A stretch of DNA of 64,000 nt, taken from IMG/VR virus record IMGVR_UViG_3300018080_000105, positions 96,001 through 160,000 of that record, one strand, 5' to 3'. Every line of letters starts with the position of its first letter. Positions within the stretch are counted from its first letter, which is position 1. The notes below the pieces were generated by a model. The model was given only the letters and a program-made list of their open reading frames with translations, had not been told where the DNA came from and did no database searches. This DNA comes from a virus. This document shows, one piece after another, positions 1-8,809 of the stretch. Position numbers and translations under genes: made by a program.

Positions 1-155
1 AGAATGGACCAACGATCCGGTTCCACTTCAAAAGTTACACCGGCTCTGGACAGCTCTTCCAGTTCACTTTCGTAGTATTCAGTCGCCTGAAGTAACGGAG
101 CCGCCTTGCTCTTGTAGTCAATCTTCAGCTCCGGTTTGTATCTCACAAAATCCAT
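1..155 (-). CDS. hypothetical protein (runs off window start)
   Basis: ATG at 155 with GGGAGAAG RBS-like sequence upstream; frame MDFVRYKPELKIDY... stays open to position 1; not in ORF track. Confidence 0.55.
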   Translation of the reverse strand, partial: MDFVRYKPELKIDYKSKAAPLLQATEYYESELEELSRAGVTFEVEPDRWSI

Positions 156-175
156 CTACGCTTCTCCCGTTGAGG

Positions 176-188
176 GTTCTTATTTACC
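176..188 (-). promoter_or_regulatory. GGTAAATAAGAAC motif copy
   Basis: exact 13-mer, ~20 nt upstream of ATG at 155. Confidence 0.6.
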
Positions 189-267
189 AAACACAACTGC
201 TTGTCATACACGGCAGTTGCCACCGTGCACACGCCTCCCAGGTCGTGAAGTTTCTTGGGTTGAGGGT

Positions 268-1311
268 TTAAGCGGGCGGTAAGTTACGCATTGCCGACAG
301 ACACATGCCCTCCAATGACGGCACGCAATAGTCAGGCGTGTGACAATCCAGAACATCCGGCGGAGCAACCAGGTAATAGTCGCAGAGGCCGAAGTCATTC
401 ATCATGTCGTAGATCTTCCCGGTGTTGCCGCCGTAACCGTATGCCGCGCCGCCAGCACACCATCTCGCAATGAGATAATGAAAACGCCCCAGCATGGCCG
501 CCTTTGGCTCAGCGATCATCTCCCACCAGGCCTCCAATGATGTAGCGTTGAGCATGTGCACACAGCTCTCATTCTCCACCATCCCCACGTCAACAAGCAC
601 AGCGTCGAGCCAGTTCTGCTCATCGATCGACGGATACGCAGGGGCTCCCATAGGCCAGTCTATGTCAGTATCGAACCGGTGGAGCATCGTCGTAACGATC
701 CCTCGCACATCCGATCCGGGGTCGCTGGTACCGGAGAACAGTATCGAGTCAGAGCATCGCAATTTGGGCGGCTCCAACTCTGACAACCACAGCGGCAGGC
801 AATCAAACGCCAACTCTGCTGTCGCACCCAGCTTCTCCACGGCCTTCTGCGATCCCGACTCCCGGACCGCAATGTAATCAGCCGCCTGATAGGCCCGGCG
901 ATACCACCGCACATAGTTGTACGACGCCGCATGAAACAGGGAGACCGTGTGATTCACAATCCACACAGTCTTCTTCAGGTGTGTCTTCGCGGCGTACGCC
1001 AGATACAAAAGCCGGCGAACACCCGCCTTGTCTCTGTGAAGCGTGCCCTCGCCATTGATCACAATGACATCAGACTCCACCACAGCATCGCCGCCTGACC
1101 AGCCAAGCAGGAACTGAGTAAACTTGCCAGCATGATCCCAGTCGTCGAATGTCGGGACCGGATGTGCTGGCCTCTCGTATGTAGCCAGGATGCTCACGGG
1201 CCGCACATCATCAAATCTCGTCAGCAACAAGTGCTTCAGGCCCAGCGAAGTCCCGTGACACCCCCAGTGATACCAGTCGGTGGTATCGTTCAACAGTGCC
1301 GCCACTGCCAT
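268..1311 (-). CDS. polysaccharide pyruvyl transferase-like protein
   Basis: NDTTDWYHWGC N-terminus, VIVINGEGTLH, ADYIAVRESGS, AFDCL and RFHYLI motifs typical of the PS_pyruv_trans family. Confidence 0.65.
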   Translation of the reverse strand: MAVAALLNDTTDWYHWGCHGTSLGLKHLLLTRFDDVRPVSILATYERPAHPVPTFDDWDHAGKFTQFLLGWSGGDAVVESDVIVINGEGTLHRDKAGVRRLLYLAYAAKTHLKKTVWIVNHTVSLFHAASYNYVRWYRRAYQAADYIAVRESGSQKAVEKLGATAELAFDCLPLWLSELEPPKLRCSDSILFSGTSDPGSDVRGIVTTMLHRFDTDIDWPMGAPAYPSIDEQNWLDAVLVDVGMVENESCVHMLNATSLEAWWEMIAEPKAAMLGRFHYLIARWCAGGAAYGYGGNTGKIYDMMNDFGLCDYYLVAPPDVLDCHTPDYCVPSLEGMCLSAMRNLPPA

Positions 1312-1324
1312 GTACTACTCCTCG

Positions 1325-1846
1325 TCAATACGGCCCTTCGTCGTAAGCGAAACGGATTGAAGCACCCATCTGCGCACCAGCAGCAAGCATCGGAGCCGCC
1401 CTCATTGGCTTTCCATCCGTGGGCGACAACGGAAAGTCATCCCGTTGAATCACCACCCAGGCCCAGAGATCCCCAGGCACCGGGTCGCTGAAGTATCCTT
1501 GTATCCAGGCCGTACTGCCCGGGAAGTTGGCCATAAGCCGCTCGAAACCAACGAGCTGCTCTTTGTACTCAACCAGGAACTTCTGGATTCTACGATTTGA
1601 CCCGCTCAACAACCAGCAACCCAACATGATGTGTTGTGGAAGTTTCTCCGAATCAATGGCGTAGTGCGTCCGCGGAATCCGCTGCAGCACCAATCCATTC
1701 CATTCAAACGAGTCAACCACTGGCTCTCGCGTACTAAGCGAGGCCGCCAGTGGGGATCCAATCATGGCAGCAGCGCTACCCGCCAGGAACTGTCTCCGAT
1801 TCACCAGGCACCTCCTGCATCTGACGACATGACTCGTGGAATTCAA
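1325..1846 (-). CDS. hypothetical protein with twin-arginine (Tat)-like signal
   Basis: CRRCLVNRRQFLAGSAAAMIG at N-terminus. Confidence 0.55.
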   Translation of the reverse strand: MNSTSHVVRCRRCLVNRRQFLAGSAAAMIGSPLAASLSTREPVVDSFEWNGLVLQRIPRTHYAIDSEKLPQHIMLGCWLLSGSNRRIQKFLVEYKEQLVGFERLMANFPGSTAWIQGYFSDPVPGDLWAWVVIQRDDFPLSPTDGKPMRAAPMLAAGAQMGASIRFAYDEGPY

Positions 1847-2219
1847 GACGCCTCGCCTGCTCCAGCTGCAGCATCTTTATCTTCGCCTCTTCCGGATGAA
1901 CCATCTCTTCCTGCTCCGCCATCTTGGTGAACCAGGCAAACAACTCGATCCAGATCTTGTTGCGGCCGTTGTCGCGTTTCTCCGCACACGGCAGGCACCC
2001 GTACTGCGTTCCAATGTACCCGATATGCTCAGACTTGCCAGCGTCGGGATGGTGGTTCGGAACCCGCGGCAGCCCACAATTCATACACGGGTGCTCTGGG
2101 TTATCCAGCAGCGTCTGCATGCGACCCCGAAGAGCGTCCAGATACTGGGGCCTGGCTTTCTCCGAATTGTCCACCGCATTCAGGTATTCCTGCAACAACG
2201 GCAGTAAACTGGGCATCAT
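1776..2219 (-). CDS. hypothetical protein, possible Zn-binding
   Basis: CMNC...CLPC pair; coupled to neighbours. Confidence 0.6.
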   Translation of the reverse strand: MMPSLLPLLQEYLNAVDNSEKARPQYLDALRGRMQTLLDNPEHPCMNCGLPRVPNHHPDAGKSEHIGYIGTQYGCLPCAEKRDNGRNKIWIELFAWFTKMAEQEEMVHPEEAKIKMLQLEQARRLEFHESCRQMQEVPGESETVPGG

Positions 2220-2614
2220 TCCTCCTCTGGGGTATTACGTGCCACAAAATTCAGTATGGAAACCGGAACAGCGTAGTCACGATCCCACGCTCGTTCATTC
2301 TCCACTTCTTCAAGCAAAGCGATGACCGGCTCAGGAGAGTAACAACTCATATCATTCCAAAGCCAAGGATAGCGGAGCTCAAACCGCTCTCGAACCAGTG
2401 ACTTTACCCGCCCGTAGAAGCTCCCTGGATCGTCTTCATCGCAGAAGAAACCGGACGCACGTATGGCCCCTTCCAGACACCAGCGGCAAGCGGTCGAGGC
2501 ATCCCAATCGACAGGCGCATTATCTCTGTTTCTGGCCATCTGCGACTGCGTCCAGCCCAGCCGAATCAACTGACTGGGACGGACAGGCATTCCTGTGAGT
2601 TGTGCCGTTGTCAT
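2216..2614 (-). CDS. GW..C..GA..WND family protein, paralog 1 (DUF6197-like)
   Basis: LGWTQ...CRWCLEGAI...WLWND; start trimmed to MTTAQ. Confidence 0.55.
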   Translation of the reverse strand: MTTAQLTGMPVRPSQLIRLGWTQSQMARNRDNAPVDWDASTACRWCLEGAIRASGFFCDEDDPGSFYGRVKSLVRERFELRYPWLWNDMSCYSPEPVIALLEEVENERAWDRDYAVPVSILNFVARNTPEEE

Positions 2615-3003
2615 ACCGCCCCTTCTTCCATCACGATCAGCGAACCCAGTCCTTCGCGTGCCAGCAACTGACACAACGCAGCATCGGCTTTGTCTTTCGC
2701 CAGCTGGATAGCCTCGTCAACCATGGCGGAATCATCCGGATCAGCCACCAGCACGTATTGTGAGATTTGAGTAGAACAGCCTGGCAGAGTCGCCCGATAC
2801 ACAATGATCGGAGGTTTATGAGCGTTCGGAGCCGCCCTGCGACTCACGTAAGCGAGTTGCTCGCCCATACCGTCCAGCCGCTCCCAGTTAGCCGGCACAC
2901 TGCCATCTTCCTGCCACGGCGTACAAAATCCTCGCAGAGTCTTCTGCAGTTGCGCGATTGTGTGTGGTGCTTCAACCAAAACACATTCCTCAATGAAAGT
3001 CAT
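2611..3003 (-). CDS. hypothetical protein
   Basis: coupled ORF in minus-strand operon; start trimmed to MTFIEE. Confidence 0.55.
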   Translation of the reverse strand: MTFIEECVLVEAPHTIAQLQKTLRGFCTPWQEDGSVPANWERLDGMGEQLAYVSRRAAPNAHKPPIIVYRATLPGCSTQISQYVLVADPDDSAMVDEAIQLAKDKADAALCQLLAREGLGSLIVMEEGAV

Positions 3004-3727
3004 CCGGCGTGCTCTCGGCATTTGTAGCCTGCAGCTCGCCATTCCCGTCACGGAAGTACACGTCAAACGGCGCAGCAAACTCCCGGCCGAAGCCAGTCAT
3101 AGCCGCATCCGCGTCAACGTACTCAGAGGCAAGAGCAAAGCCTACCTCTTCAATTGCGTCACCCTCAGCCGAGAACACCCAGCCACGCATATCACTGTCG
3201 ACAACAGATGTTGTCTGTTTACGACGCGCCACTTCGTCTTCACTCACGTACGTACCCAGGGAGCCATTGCGAACGTAGTAATGGAACCCCTCGCGGTCAT
3301 ACAGCATGCTGCCCGGTTGCAGCACCTCCACAACATAAACACCGTCACCATATACGAACGGGAACTCTACCCCGTGACGCGTCGCTTCAGGTTCCTGATT
3401 TACGAAAATCAAATGCTCACCGATCGCGTACTGCGACCGGGGCACAATCCCGTTGTAAATCATCGCCCTCGTGGCAATGGCCGCCAGCTTTCGCAACCCA
3501 GCCAGGGCGGAAGTAACCTGTTTGGTGTTGTTCACCTGCCATTCGGCTGCATTGTCAGCCCAGTCATCCTCCACCTTTCTCAGGTAGCGGCGAAGCAGCG
3601 TGCAGAAGCCAGGAATGTCCTTGGCTTCATCTTCAGTTCTACGTGACAGGTCGTCCTGGTATCGCAGCTCAGACCAAATGGCCTCAACCGCTTGCTCCAG
3701 CTCCTGTCTGTGCACGTTCCTTGGCAT
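2990..3727 (-). CDS. hypothetical protein, N-terminal helical domain reminiscent of MazG-like pyrophosphohydrolases
   Basis: EAIWSELRYQD...LRKLAAIATRAM helical pattern; family call is tentative. Confidence 0.45.
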   Translation of the reverse strand: MPRNVHRQELEQAVEAIWSELRYQDDLSRRTEDEAKDIPGFCTLLRRYLRKVEDDWADNAAEWQVNNTKQVTSALAGLRKLAAIATRAMIYNGIVPRSQYAIGEHLIFVNQEPEATRHGVEFPFVYGDGVYVVEVLQPGSMLYDREGFHYYVRNGSLGTYVSEDEVARRKQTTSVVDSDMRGWVFSAEGDAIEEVGFALASEYVDADAAMTGFGREFAAPFDVYFRDGNGELQATNAESTPDDFH

Positions 3728-3953
3728 CTCTTCTCCACAGTAAGTGATTACGTGTGTACATCATCAACAGAATGACGGCCATGGGCAGAAAGCCCCAGGT
3801 CTCACTGGCGATGATCCAGGTGAACCAGACGAACTGGTTGACGATCCTCGGTGCAAACGCCCACCAAACCTTATGGCCTGACAGCCACGTCGTCCATAAC
3901 GTGATCACCGACGCCACCCATGGCAGATACGTCGTCAACAGTTCCCTCGTCAT
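3684..3953 (-). CDS. small PnuC-like membrane protein
   Basis: three hydrophobic Trp-rich segments (WVASVITLW.., WWAF..NQFVWFTW.., WGFLPM). Confidence 0.5.
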   Translation of the reverse strand: MTRELLTTYLPWVASVITLWTTWLSGHKVWWAFAPRIVNQFVWFTWIIASETWGFLPMAVILLMMYTRNHLLWRRDAKERAQTGAGASG

Positions 3954-4189
3954 TTGCTGTCTCCACTGCGGTCGATCGCGACCGTGTACTCCGGACTTAC
4001 CGGCTTCGCCCTCAACAGACTGGGGCCGGCAATGAACTCGTATGTTCTTGTGTTGCTTGAATTGATGAAGCGGCAACGCTGAGCGTGAGCCTCAGCAACC
4101 TGCCGCTTGTTCTCGGTAGACAGTCGCCCGTCCACACGGATGGTGTTGTCCGACCCCAACCCGTCGGTGAAGTCGATGTAATGCTTCAT
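3950..4189 (-). CDS. hypothetical protein
   Basis: AAGGAGG RBS; overlapping stop/start with next gene. Confidence 0.65.
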   Translation of the reverse strand: MKHYIDFTDGLGSDNTIRVDGRLSTENKRQVAEAHAQRCRFINSSNTRTYEFIAGPSLLRAKPVSPEYTVAIDRSGDSK

Positions 4190-4198
4190 CAGCCCTCC

Positions 4199-4363
4199 TT
4201 AGAGCCAGTGCTGAAATGCGTGATCGAGGACAACGCAGGCGATGCCGCCGATCACCGCACCGAAAAACCAGCCAAAGACAATGACGAACGCAATCAATGC
4301 GTCCGGCGGTGTACAGTCTCGGGCTGGCGGAGATTCAAAGTCACAACGGTATGGATTATCCAT
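4199..4363 (-). CDS. small membrane protein with N-terminal NPY motif (54 aa, not in ORF track)
   Basis: MDNPYRCDFESPP...LIAFVIVFGWFFGAVIGGIACVVL; fills the gap exactly; GGAAGGAA upstream. Confidence 0.6.
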   Translation of the reverse strand: MDNPYRCDFESPPARDCTPPDALIAFVIVFGWFFGAVIGGIACVVLDHAFQHWL

Positions 4364-4380
4364 GGGTTCCTTCCCTTTGG

Positions 4381-4713
4381 TTAGTAGCCGTATTCTCCCT
4401 GTGCGGGCAGCTGCAACAACAACTCACGATACATTTTCAACCCGAAATCCTTCTCGACATACAGCTGCTTCAGAATCGCAGGCACAGCGTCGAGACTGGC
4501 TTCCAAATAGCCCTCACGATCGTTGATGCGCCCGTTATGCAACCGATGATGATACACGATCAGGAAGTAACCACGGGAGGTCTTGTAGACACCCAGCTCA
4601 CGAACCGAGTCAGCACCCGGTGCTGTGTACCAGGCCAGCCGATCCATTTCCTGTACATTACCGTAGATCGGCCGATCGTCAGTGATGTAAATCTTATCGG
4701 GTTCAGTCGTCAT
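4381..4713 (-). CDS. hypothetical protein
   Basis: operon-contiguous ORF; start trimmed to MTTEP. Confidence 0.6.
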   Translation of the reverse strand: MTTEPDKIYITDDRPIYGNVQEMDRLAWYTAPGADSVRELGVYKTSRGYFLIVYHHRLHNGRINDREGYLEASLDAVPAILKQLYVEKDFGLKMYRELLLQLPAQGEYGY

Positions 4714-4909
4714 TGGTGTCCTCATTGAATTCCCATTCGATCTTGATGTGGCGAGCAATCAACTGGTCTTCCACATCCATCATCGAGCGAGCAAATCCTA
4801 CTTTATCGTTGGGATGTTTTGCTTTCAGTACGCAGTCTGCTTCCAGCAACTTCTTCTTCTCACCCTCGAAGTGAAACATCAACGCGGCTTTGACTTCCGT
4901 CACGCTCAT
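4703..4909 (-). CDS. hypothetical protein
   Basis: coupled small ORF. Confidence 0.55.
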   Translation of the reverse strand: MSVTEVKAALMFHFEGEKKKLLEADCVLKAKHPNDKVGFARSMMDVEDQLIARHIKIEWEFNEDTNDD

Positions 4910-5751
4910 GAATCGTGCTGCTTCTTCATGCGACCGGCCTCGAACACTTGTCGAGTAACCGCCTGGGAGATGTTCAGTGTCTTACCGACTGCATCGTCCC
5001 ACTCTTTCCAGGTGGCATATTCGTACGCGTCTTCTTCCGTCTCGCCGTACAGCTGCAACAACGCAGACACATACGCATCATCTGCACGATGACCGTCCAG
5101 GTGCAGCATGAGAAGAGCATCTGCTCTCCCGTCTGCCGCCAGGCTGATAACCATACGCGTGGCATCTTCATCGTGCACAAGATCCGGAGCCGTCTCGTCC
5201 AATTTCTGGATCCGTAACACTCCCTCGGTGTTAAACAGCCCGATATGCAACGCTGCCAGATTGTTGAACGCCGGAATCTTCACGGGCGGTCGATCGTTCC
5301 GCTCGTCGCTCTCTGCGTTCGCTTGCCGCACCTGGCTGTTGATCGCACGCACCAGCATACGAAGAGAAAACGGCGTGTCACAATGGTAGACGCCGCAGCC
5401 CAACCCTTTGTACACGTCAATGGGTGCGGGTGCTGTGCAGTCACCACCAACACGGGCCGAATTACCCGCCATAACGTGTAGCCAGTTAGCGTATGCCAGG
5501 TCCAGCCCTGGCCCCTGACACGCCCAGTACCGCCATGCGCGAGTGAATCGCCAGCTGTGGAGCGTACCGAACACGCTTGTCTGTACTTCCCCCGGAACAG
5601 TTACCGGGAACTCTTGTATATCGATCTCCGCAGCTTGCAGCTCGCCCTTCACCTGTTCGTCAACGCCCGATAACCCTGCGAGGTTTCCAAATTGTTTCAA
5701 CTCATCCGCTGCGTAAGTAGGCATCTCAGTCGGCAGATTCACCTGCATCAT
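4906..5751 (-). CDS. hypothetical protein
   Basis: 281 aa ORF with overlapping start/stop junctions. Confidence 0.7.
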   Translation of the reverse strand: MMQVNLPTEMPTYAADELKQFGNLAGLSGVDEQVKGELQAAEIDIQEFPVTVPGEVQTSVFGTLHSWRFTRAWRYWACQGPGLDLAYANWLHVMAGNSARVGGDCTAPAPIDVYKGLGCGVYHCDTPFSLRMLVRAINSQVRQANAESDERNDRPPVKIPAFNNLAALHIGLFNTEGVLRIQKLDETAPDLVHDEDATRMVISLAADGRADALLMLHLDGHRADDAYVSALLQLYGETEEDAYEYATWKEWDDAVGKTLNISQAVTRQVFEAGRMKKQHDS

Positions 5752-6043
5752 CTTCAGTCTCTCCTGGTTTCACGAGTTGTGTCGCCGTAATGAGCCAGTC
5801 ACCTAGTGCAGTGCCTTTCTCGTCAATGCCGGCATCGAGCTGTAGCTCGATCTTCTCGGCACCGTTCATTATCGCCCCGTGGATCAGGAACACAGCTGCT
5901 GCCGTGAACCGCAGGGACGCTTTGCAGTCGGTATCATCATTCAAGATGTTGACCGTATGCTTCATCGCACGGCCCAGAGCCGCATCGTCCCACTGGTTGA
6001 ACGGTAGTTTCTTCTCTTCTTCAGTCAGCGTCAGGATGGACAT
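5726..6043 (-). CDS. hypothetical protein
   Basis: operon-contiguous ORF. Confidence 0.6.
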   Translation of the reverse strand: MSILTLTEEEKKLPFNQWDDAALGRAMKHTVNILNDDTDCKASLRFTAAAVFLIHGAIMNGAEKIELQLDAGIDEKGTALGDWLITATQLVKPGETEDDAGESAD

Positions 6044-6287
6044 CGAAATCCTCTACTTCTTCAAAATCCTCCGGGAACTGCCCGAAGATCTCATGGTCAC
6101 GTGATGGCATCAGGAAATGAGCCACACGACTGAATATCTGAGCGTGACGAACACTCACCTGTGCGAGCGGGTTCTGTGCCGCTCGTTGCTTCCTCGCCCA
6201 ATCCATCTCATGCCGGGCACTCTGAATGCACCAGTCACAAAACCGATTACGCTCTTCGGCAGAGAGCTCAATCTTCTGTGTCATCAT
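6021..6287 (-). CDS. hypothetical protein
   Basis: AAGAGGAG RBS; first gene after the tandem structured element. Confidence 0.65.
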   Translation of the reverse strand: MMTQKIELSAEERNRFCDWCIQSARHEMDWARKQRAAQNPLAQVSVRHAQIFSRVAHFLMPSRDHEIFGQFPEDFEEVEDFDVHPDAD

Positions 6288-6306
6288 TACTCCTCTTGGT
6301 TAAAGT

Positions 6307-6578
6307 GAGTGGCGACCCCTGAAGCCGCCGATAGGCATCGCCACTCATAGGAGAAAGGTCGAGGCTGCCAAACATAACCCCAGCGACCTTTCCGTCCCCA
6401 CCGTCGACTCAGCGGCGCATCATGACGGACAGGTACCGCACACTATGTGTTTCAAACGGGAGGCGACCCCTTGAACTGCCGATAGGCATCCCTCCCCGGA
6501 AAATGGACCAGCCAATGAATAAAACTGGCCCCGTCCCCACCGACGACTCAGCAGTGCATCATTGTCGGACAGGTACCG
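6307..6578 (-). ncRNA. tandem duplicated structured RNA element (two ~125-nt copies), unknown class
   Basis: copies 6307-6438 and 6458-6578 share GGCGACCCC..GCCGATAGGCATC and CCGTCCCCACCG.CGACTCAGC..GCATCA..CGGACAGGTACCG; compensatory stem change ccgtc/gacgg to ccgac/gtcgg; intergenic; strand inferred from flanking genes. Confidence 0.6.
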
Positions 6579-6596
6579 TAAGTATCGAGTAACCGG

Positions 6597-7880
6597 TTAG
6601 CCGCTTCTCAACTCCTCTCTTTTGGCCTTCTCAGCCAGAACTTCCTGCATTTCCTGCAGGAACAAGGATTTGTCGAACCCAGCACGCTGATAAGCACCCT
6701 GAACCTCCGCAGCAGTGTACCGCCCCTCCGGACAGGGCAGCAACTCACCGAAATACGACTCACAAAGCATATCCCACTCAGTGCGGGTCATGTACGTCAT
6801 CTCACACAACATATCGATCCTGCCCGGCCGTAGCAGAGCAGGATCCAGGCTGTCCACATGATTCGTTGTCACCAGGACGATTGCTCCGTGGCCGCTCTTC
6901 ACGCCATCCAACGCATTGAGGATCTCTCCCAGCGTGAACATCGTGGTCGTGCTGTCAGGCTCGTCGTCCGCCTTCTTCTTTTTCTTCTTCTTGCCGGACT
7001 TCACTATCAGAGCCTTCGACTCTTTCCGCTCCTTCACCACGCTGGACAGCGTGTCAATGTCTTCGACCAGGCACAGCCCGTTGTCCCCGCTGAGAATGCT
7101 CGGCAAGTCATTGTGCAGTCCTCTCTCGAACACCCGCAGGTCCCGCTTCAGGTAATTGGCCAGCGCGATGGCCAGCGATGTTTTGCCTGTGCCCGGCGGG
7201 CCATACAGACAGTATCCTCGCCGCCAGGGGATTCCCTTGCGGACATAGTCGTCTTCACGGGCCAGGAACGCATCCAGGTCCTCTTTGATCCGCATCGCCC
7301 AGTCCGAGTAGACGTTGTCGAATGTGCGACGTGGCAGCGGCACAGAGTTGTACCAGTAACCGTGCTGCCAGTCCTGCACATGCAGCTTACCGTGCTGCTG
7401 GGCCTTCCAATTGTGAATGGCCGCCTCCACCATGCCCTTCAATGTCTCTCGCTTCTTCCAGCCGTAAGCTGTCACTGAGAGCGTGAAGGTGGTGGCATTG
7501 TTGCGGTCACTGGAGTTGTTCAGCTCCCGCTTGCTGAGAATCGTGCGAATCAGGCAGCGGTCTCGGCGGTGCCAGCGGTTGCCCGTCGGCACCAACAACC
7601 CCGCCTCGCCGTCGTAGGACGGTACGTAGGCAAAGTTGCCCAGCTTGGAGTCCTTGTGCATCTCCAGCACCATCGAGAGCACTGCATCGAAGTCGGCTGA
7701 GCCCTGGTCAAACTCAACCAGGTAAGCTCCGTAGCGGTCCCACAGGCCGGTGAATCGCGACGGCAGCCCACGGGCCTGCATGACGATCCAGGTGCAGAGC
7801 GCAATGACGGCACCGCCTTTGAAGAACTCGTTCGTCTGGAATTCATTGACCAGCGCATCCTTGATCGCATTAAAGTCCAC
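6597..7880 (-). CDS. BCS1-like AAA+ ATPase with N-terminal TM anchor
   Basis: WRRGYCLYGPPGTGKT Walker A, LVEDID Walker B, TTNH...LDPALLRPGRID second region of homology. Confidence 0.85.
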   Translation of the reverse strand: MDFNAIKDALVNEFQTNEFFKGGAVIALCTWIVMQARGLPSRFTGLWDRYGAYLVEFDQGSADFDAVLSMVLEMHKDSKLGNFAYVPSYDGEAGLLVPTGNRWHRRDRCLIRTILSKRELNNSSDRNNATTFTLSVTAYGWKKRETLKGMVEAAIHNWKAQQHGKLHVQDWQHGYWYNSVPLPRRTFDNVYSDWAMRIKEDLDAFLAREDDYVRKGIPWRRGYCLYGPPGTGKTSLAIALANYLKRDLRVFERGLHNDLPSILSGDNGLCLVEDIDTLSSVVKERKESKALIVKSGKKKKKKKADDEPDSTTTMFTLGEILNALDGVKSGHGAIVLVTTNHVDSLDPALLRPGRIDMLCEMTYMTRTEWDMLCESYFGELLPCPEGRYTAAEVQGAYQRAGFDKSLFLQEMQEVLAEKAKREELRSG

Positions 7881-7889
7881 GGCTAGTTC

Positions 7890-7982
7890 CTATTGAAGTC
7901 TTCTTCTGTAACCGGCGGATCGAGTGGCACACTCAATGAACCGCAGGAGTTCGTCCTGCTCATCGTCTGTCAGCTCCTCCAT
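7890..7982 (-). CDS. 30-aa peptide (not in ORF track)
   Basis: ATG overlaps upstream TGA (TGATG coupling); MEELTDDEQDELLRFIE... Confidence 0.4.
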   Translation of the reverse strand: MEELTDDEQDELLRFIECATRSAGYRRRLQ

Positions 7983-8329
7983 CAACAGATCCCTTCTTCA
8001 GCCTGTTGCATAATCTTCAAAGCTGTACTCTGATCGGGGCAAACGTAGTCATTCCAAATCACGAAGGCCGATCCCGAAGTACCCACTTGCCCACGTGTCG
8101 CGGGCGTCAGTCGTGGCTTACACAGCTCGTCCAGCTTGTCTTCGATCCGATGCTGCTGAATGATATTGATCACCTTGTCGTTGCGAGCGGCACCCAAAGC
8201 ACCTGCCAGGCACCAACAAGCGGCTCGCCCGTCGCTCACAGGTACAACGTAGCCGTCTGCATTCTTCGCCCCGGCATTCTGGCACCAGCCCTGGGCAATG
8301 TAATCGCTTGGTTTCGTCTTCGTTGTCAT
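7982..8329 (-). CDS. GW..C..GA..WND family protein, paralog 2 (DUF6197-like)
   Basis: QGWCQ...CWCLAGAL...VIWND. Confidence 0.6.
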   Translation of the reverse strand: MTTKTKPSDYIAQGWCQNAGAKNADGYVVPVSDGRAACWCLAGALGAARNDKVINIIQQHRIEDKLDELCKPRLTPATRGQVGTSGSAFVIWNDYVCPDQSTALKIMQQAEEGIC

Positions 8330-8547
8330 GATCCCTCCGGCTCGGGAAGATGTGTGGTCGGATAACAGTATTCGTAATAGCGGGCCACCGCCTGCACATA
8401 CCACAGGCCTTGCTCACTACCCTTCACAATCAAATCACCATGCAGCGAGTAACCCTGCTGGATCTTTGCTCGTACCTCCGACGCTAAAGCGGTACGGCTA
8501 TGGCTGCCCAGCACTTCGTAGTCGTCAGGAGGCAGCGGCGTCATCAT
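8326..8547 (-). CDS. DUF1737-like small protein, paralog 1
   Basis: YEVL...EVRAKIQQGYSLHG...YVQAV. Confidence 0.6.
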   Translation of the reverse strand: MMTPLPPDDYEVLGSHSRTALASEVRAKIQQGYSLHGDLIVKGSEQGLWYVQAVARYYEYCYPTTHLPEPEGS

Positions 8548-8809
8548 CTGCTCCTGGTGACATGCTGGTTGGTCGTTCCTCCGTCATATCGATCGAACGG
8601 GATTGGCGGGAAGTCGGGATGACTGGTACCTCTTCTGCTTCGTATTGCACCAACGTCTGTACGAACAATGTGGAAGTGGCTTGGCCAATTGCACGACTAT
8701 CACCGTACAACGACCAACCCTTCCCGAGATGCTCATTGACCGAACGATCAAATGCCTGCACATCGGTATTCGTCAGCGTGCCATACGCAACGATCTTTGG
8801 TAGCGTCAT
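8525..8809 (-). CDS. DUF1737-like small protein, paralog 2
   Basis: SVNEHLGKGWSLYG...FVQTLV; start trimmed to MTLPK. Confidence 0.6.
   Translation of the reverse strand: MTLPKIVAYGTLTNTDVQAFDRSVNEHLGKGWSLYGDSRAIGQATSTLFVQTLVQYEAEEVPVIPTSRQSRSIDMTEERPTSMSPGADDDAAAS

Noticed and set aside
6307-6578. Hammerhead or ZTP riboswitch identity for the tandem element
   Set aside because: CUGANGA and GAAA core not present in both copies; only a superficial GCGACCC..GCCGCC resemblance to ZTP; kept as an unknown RNA
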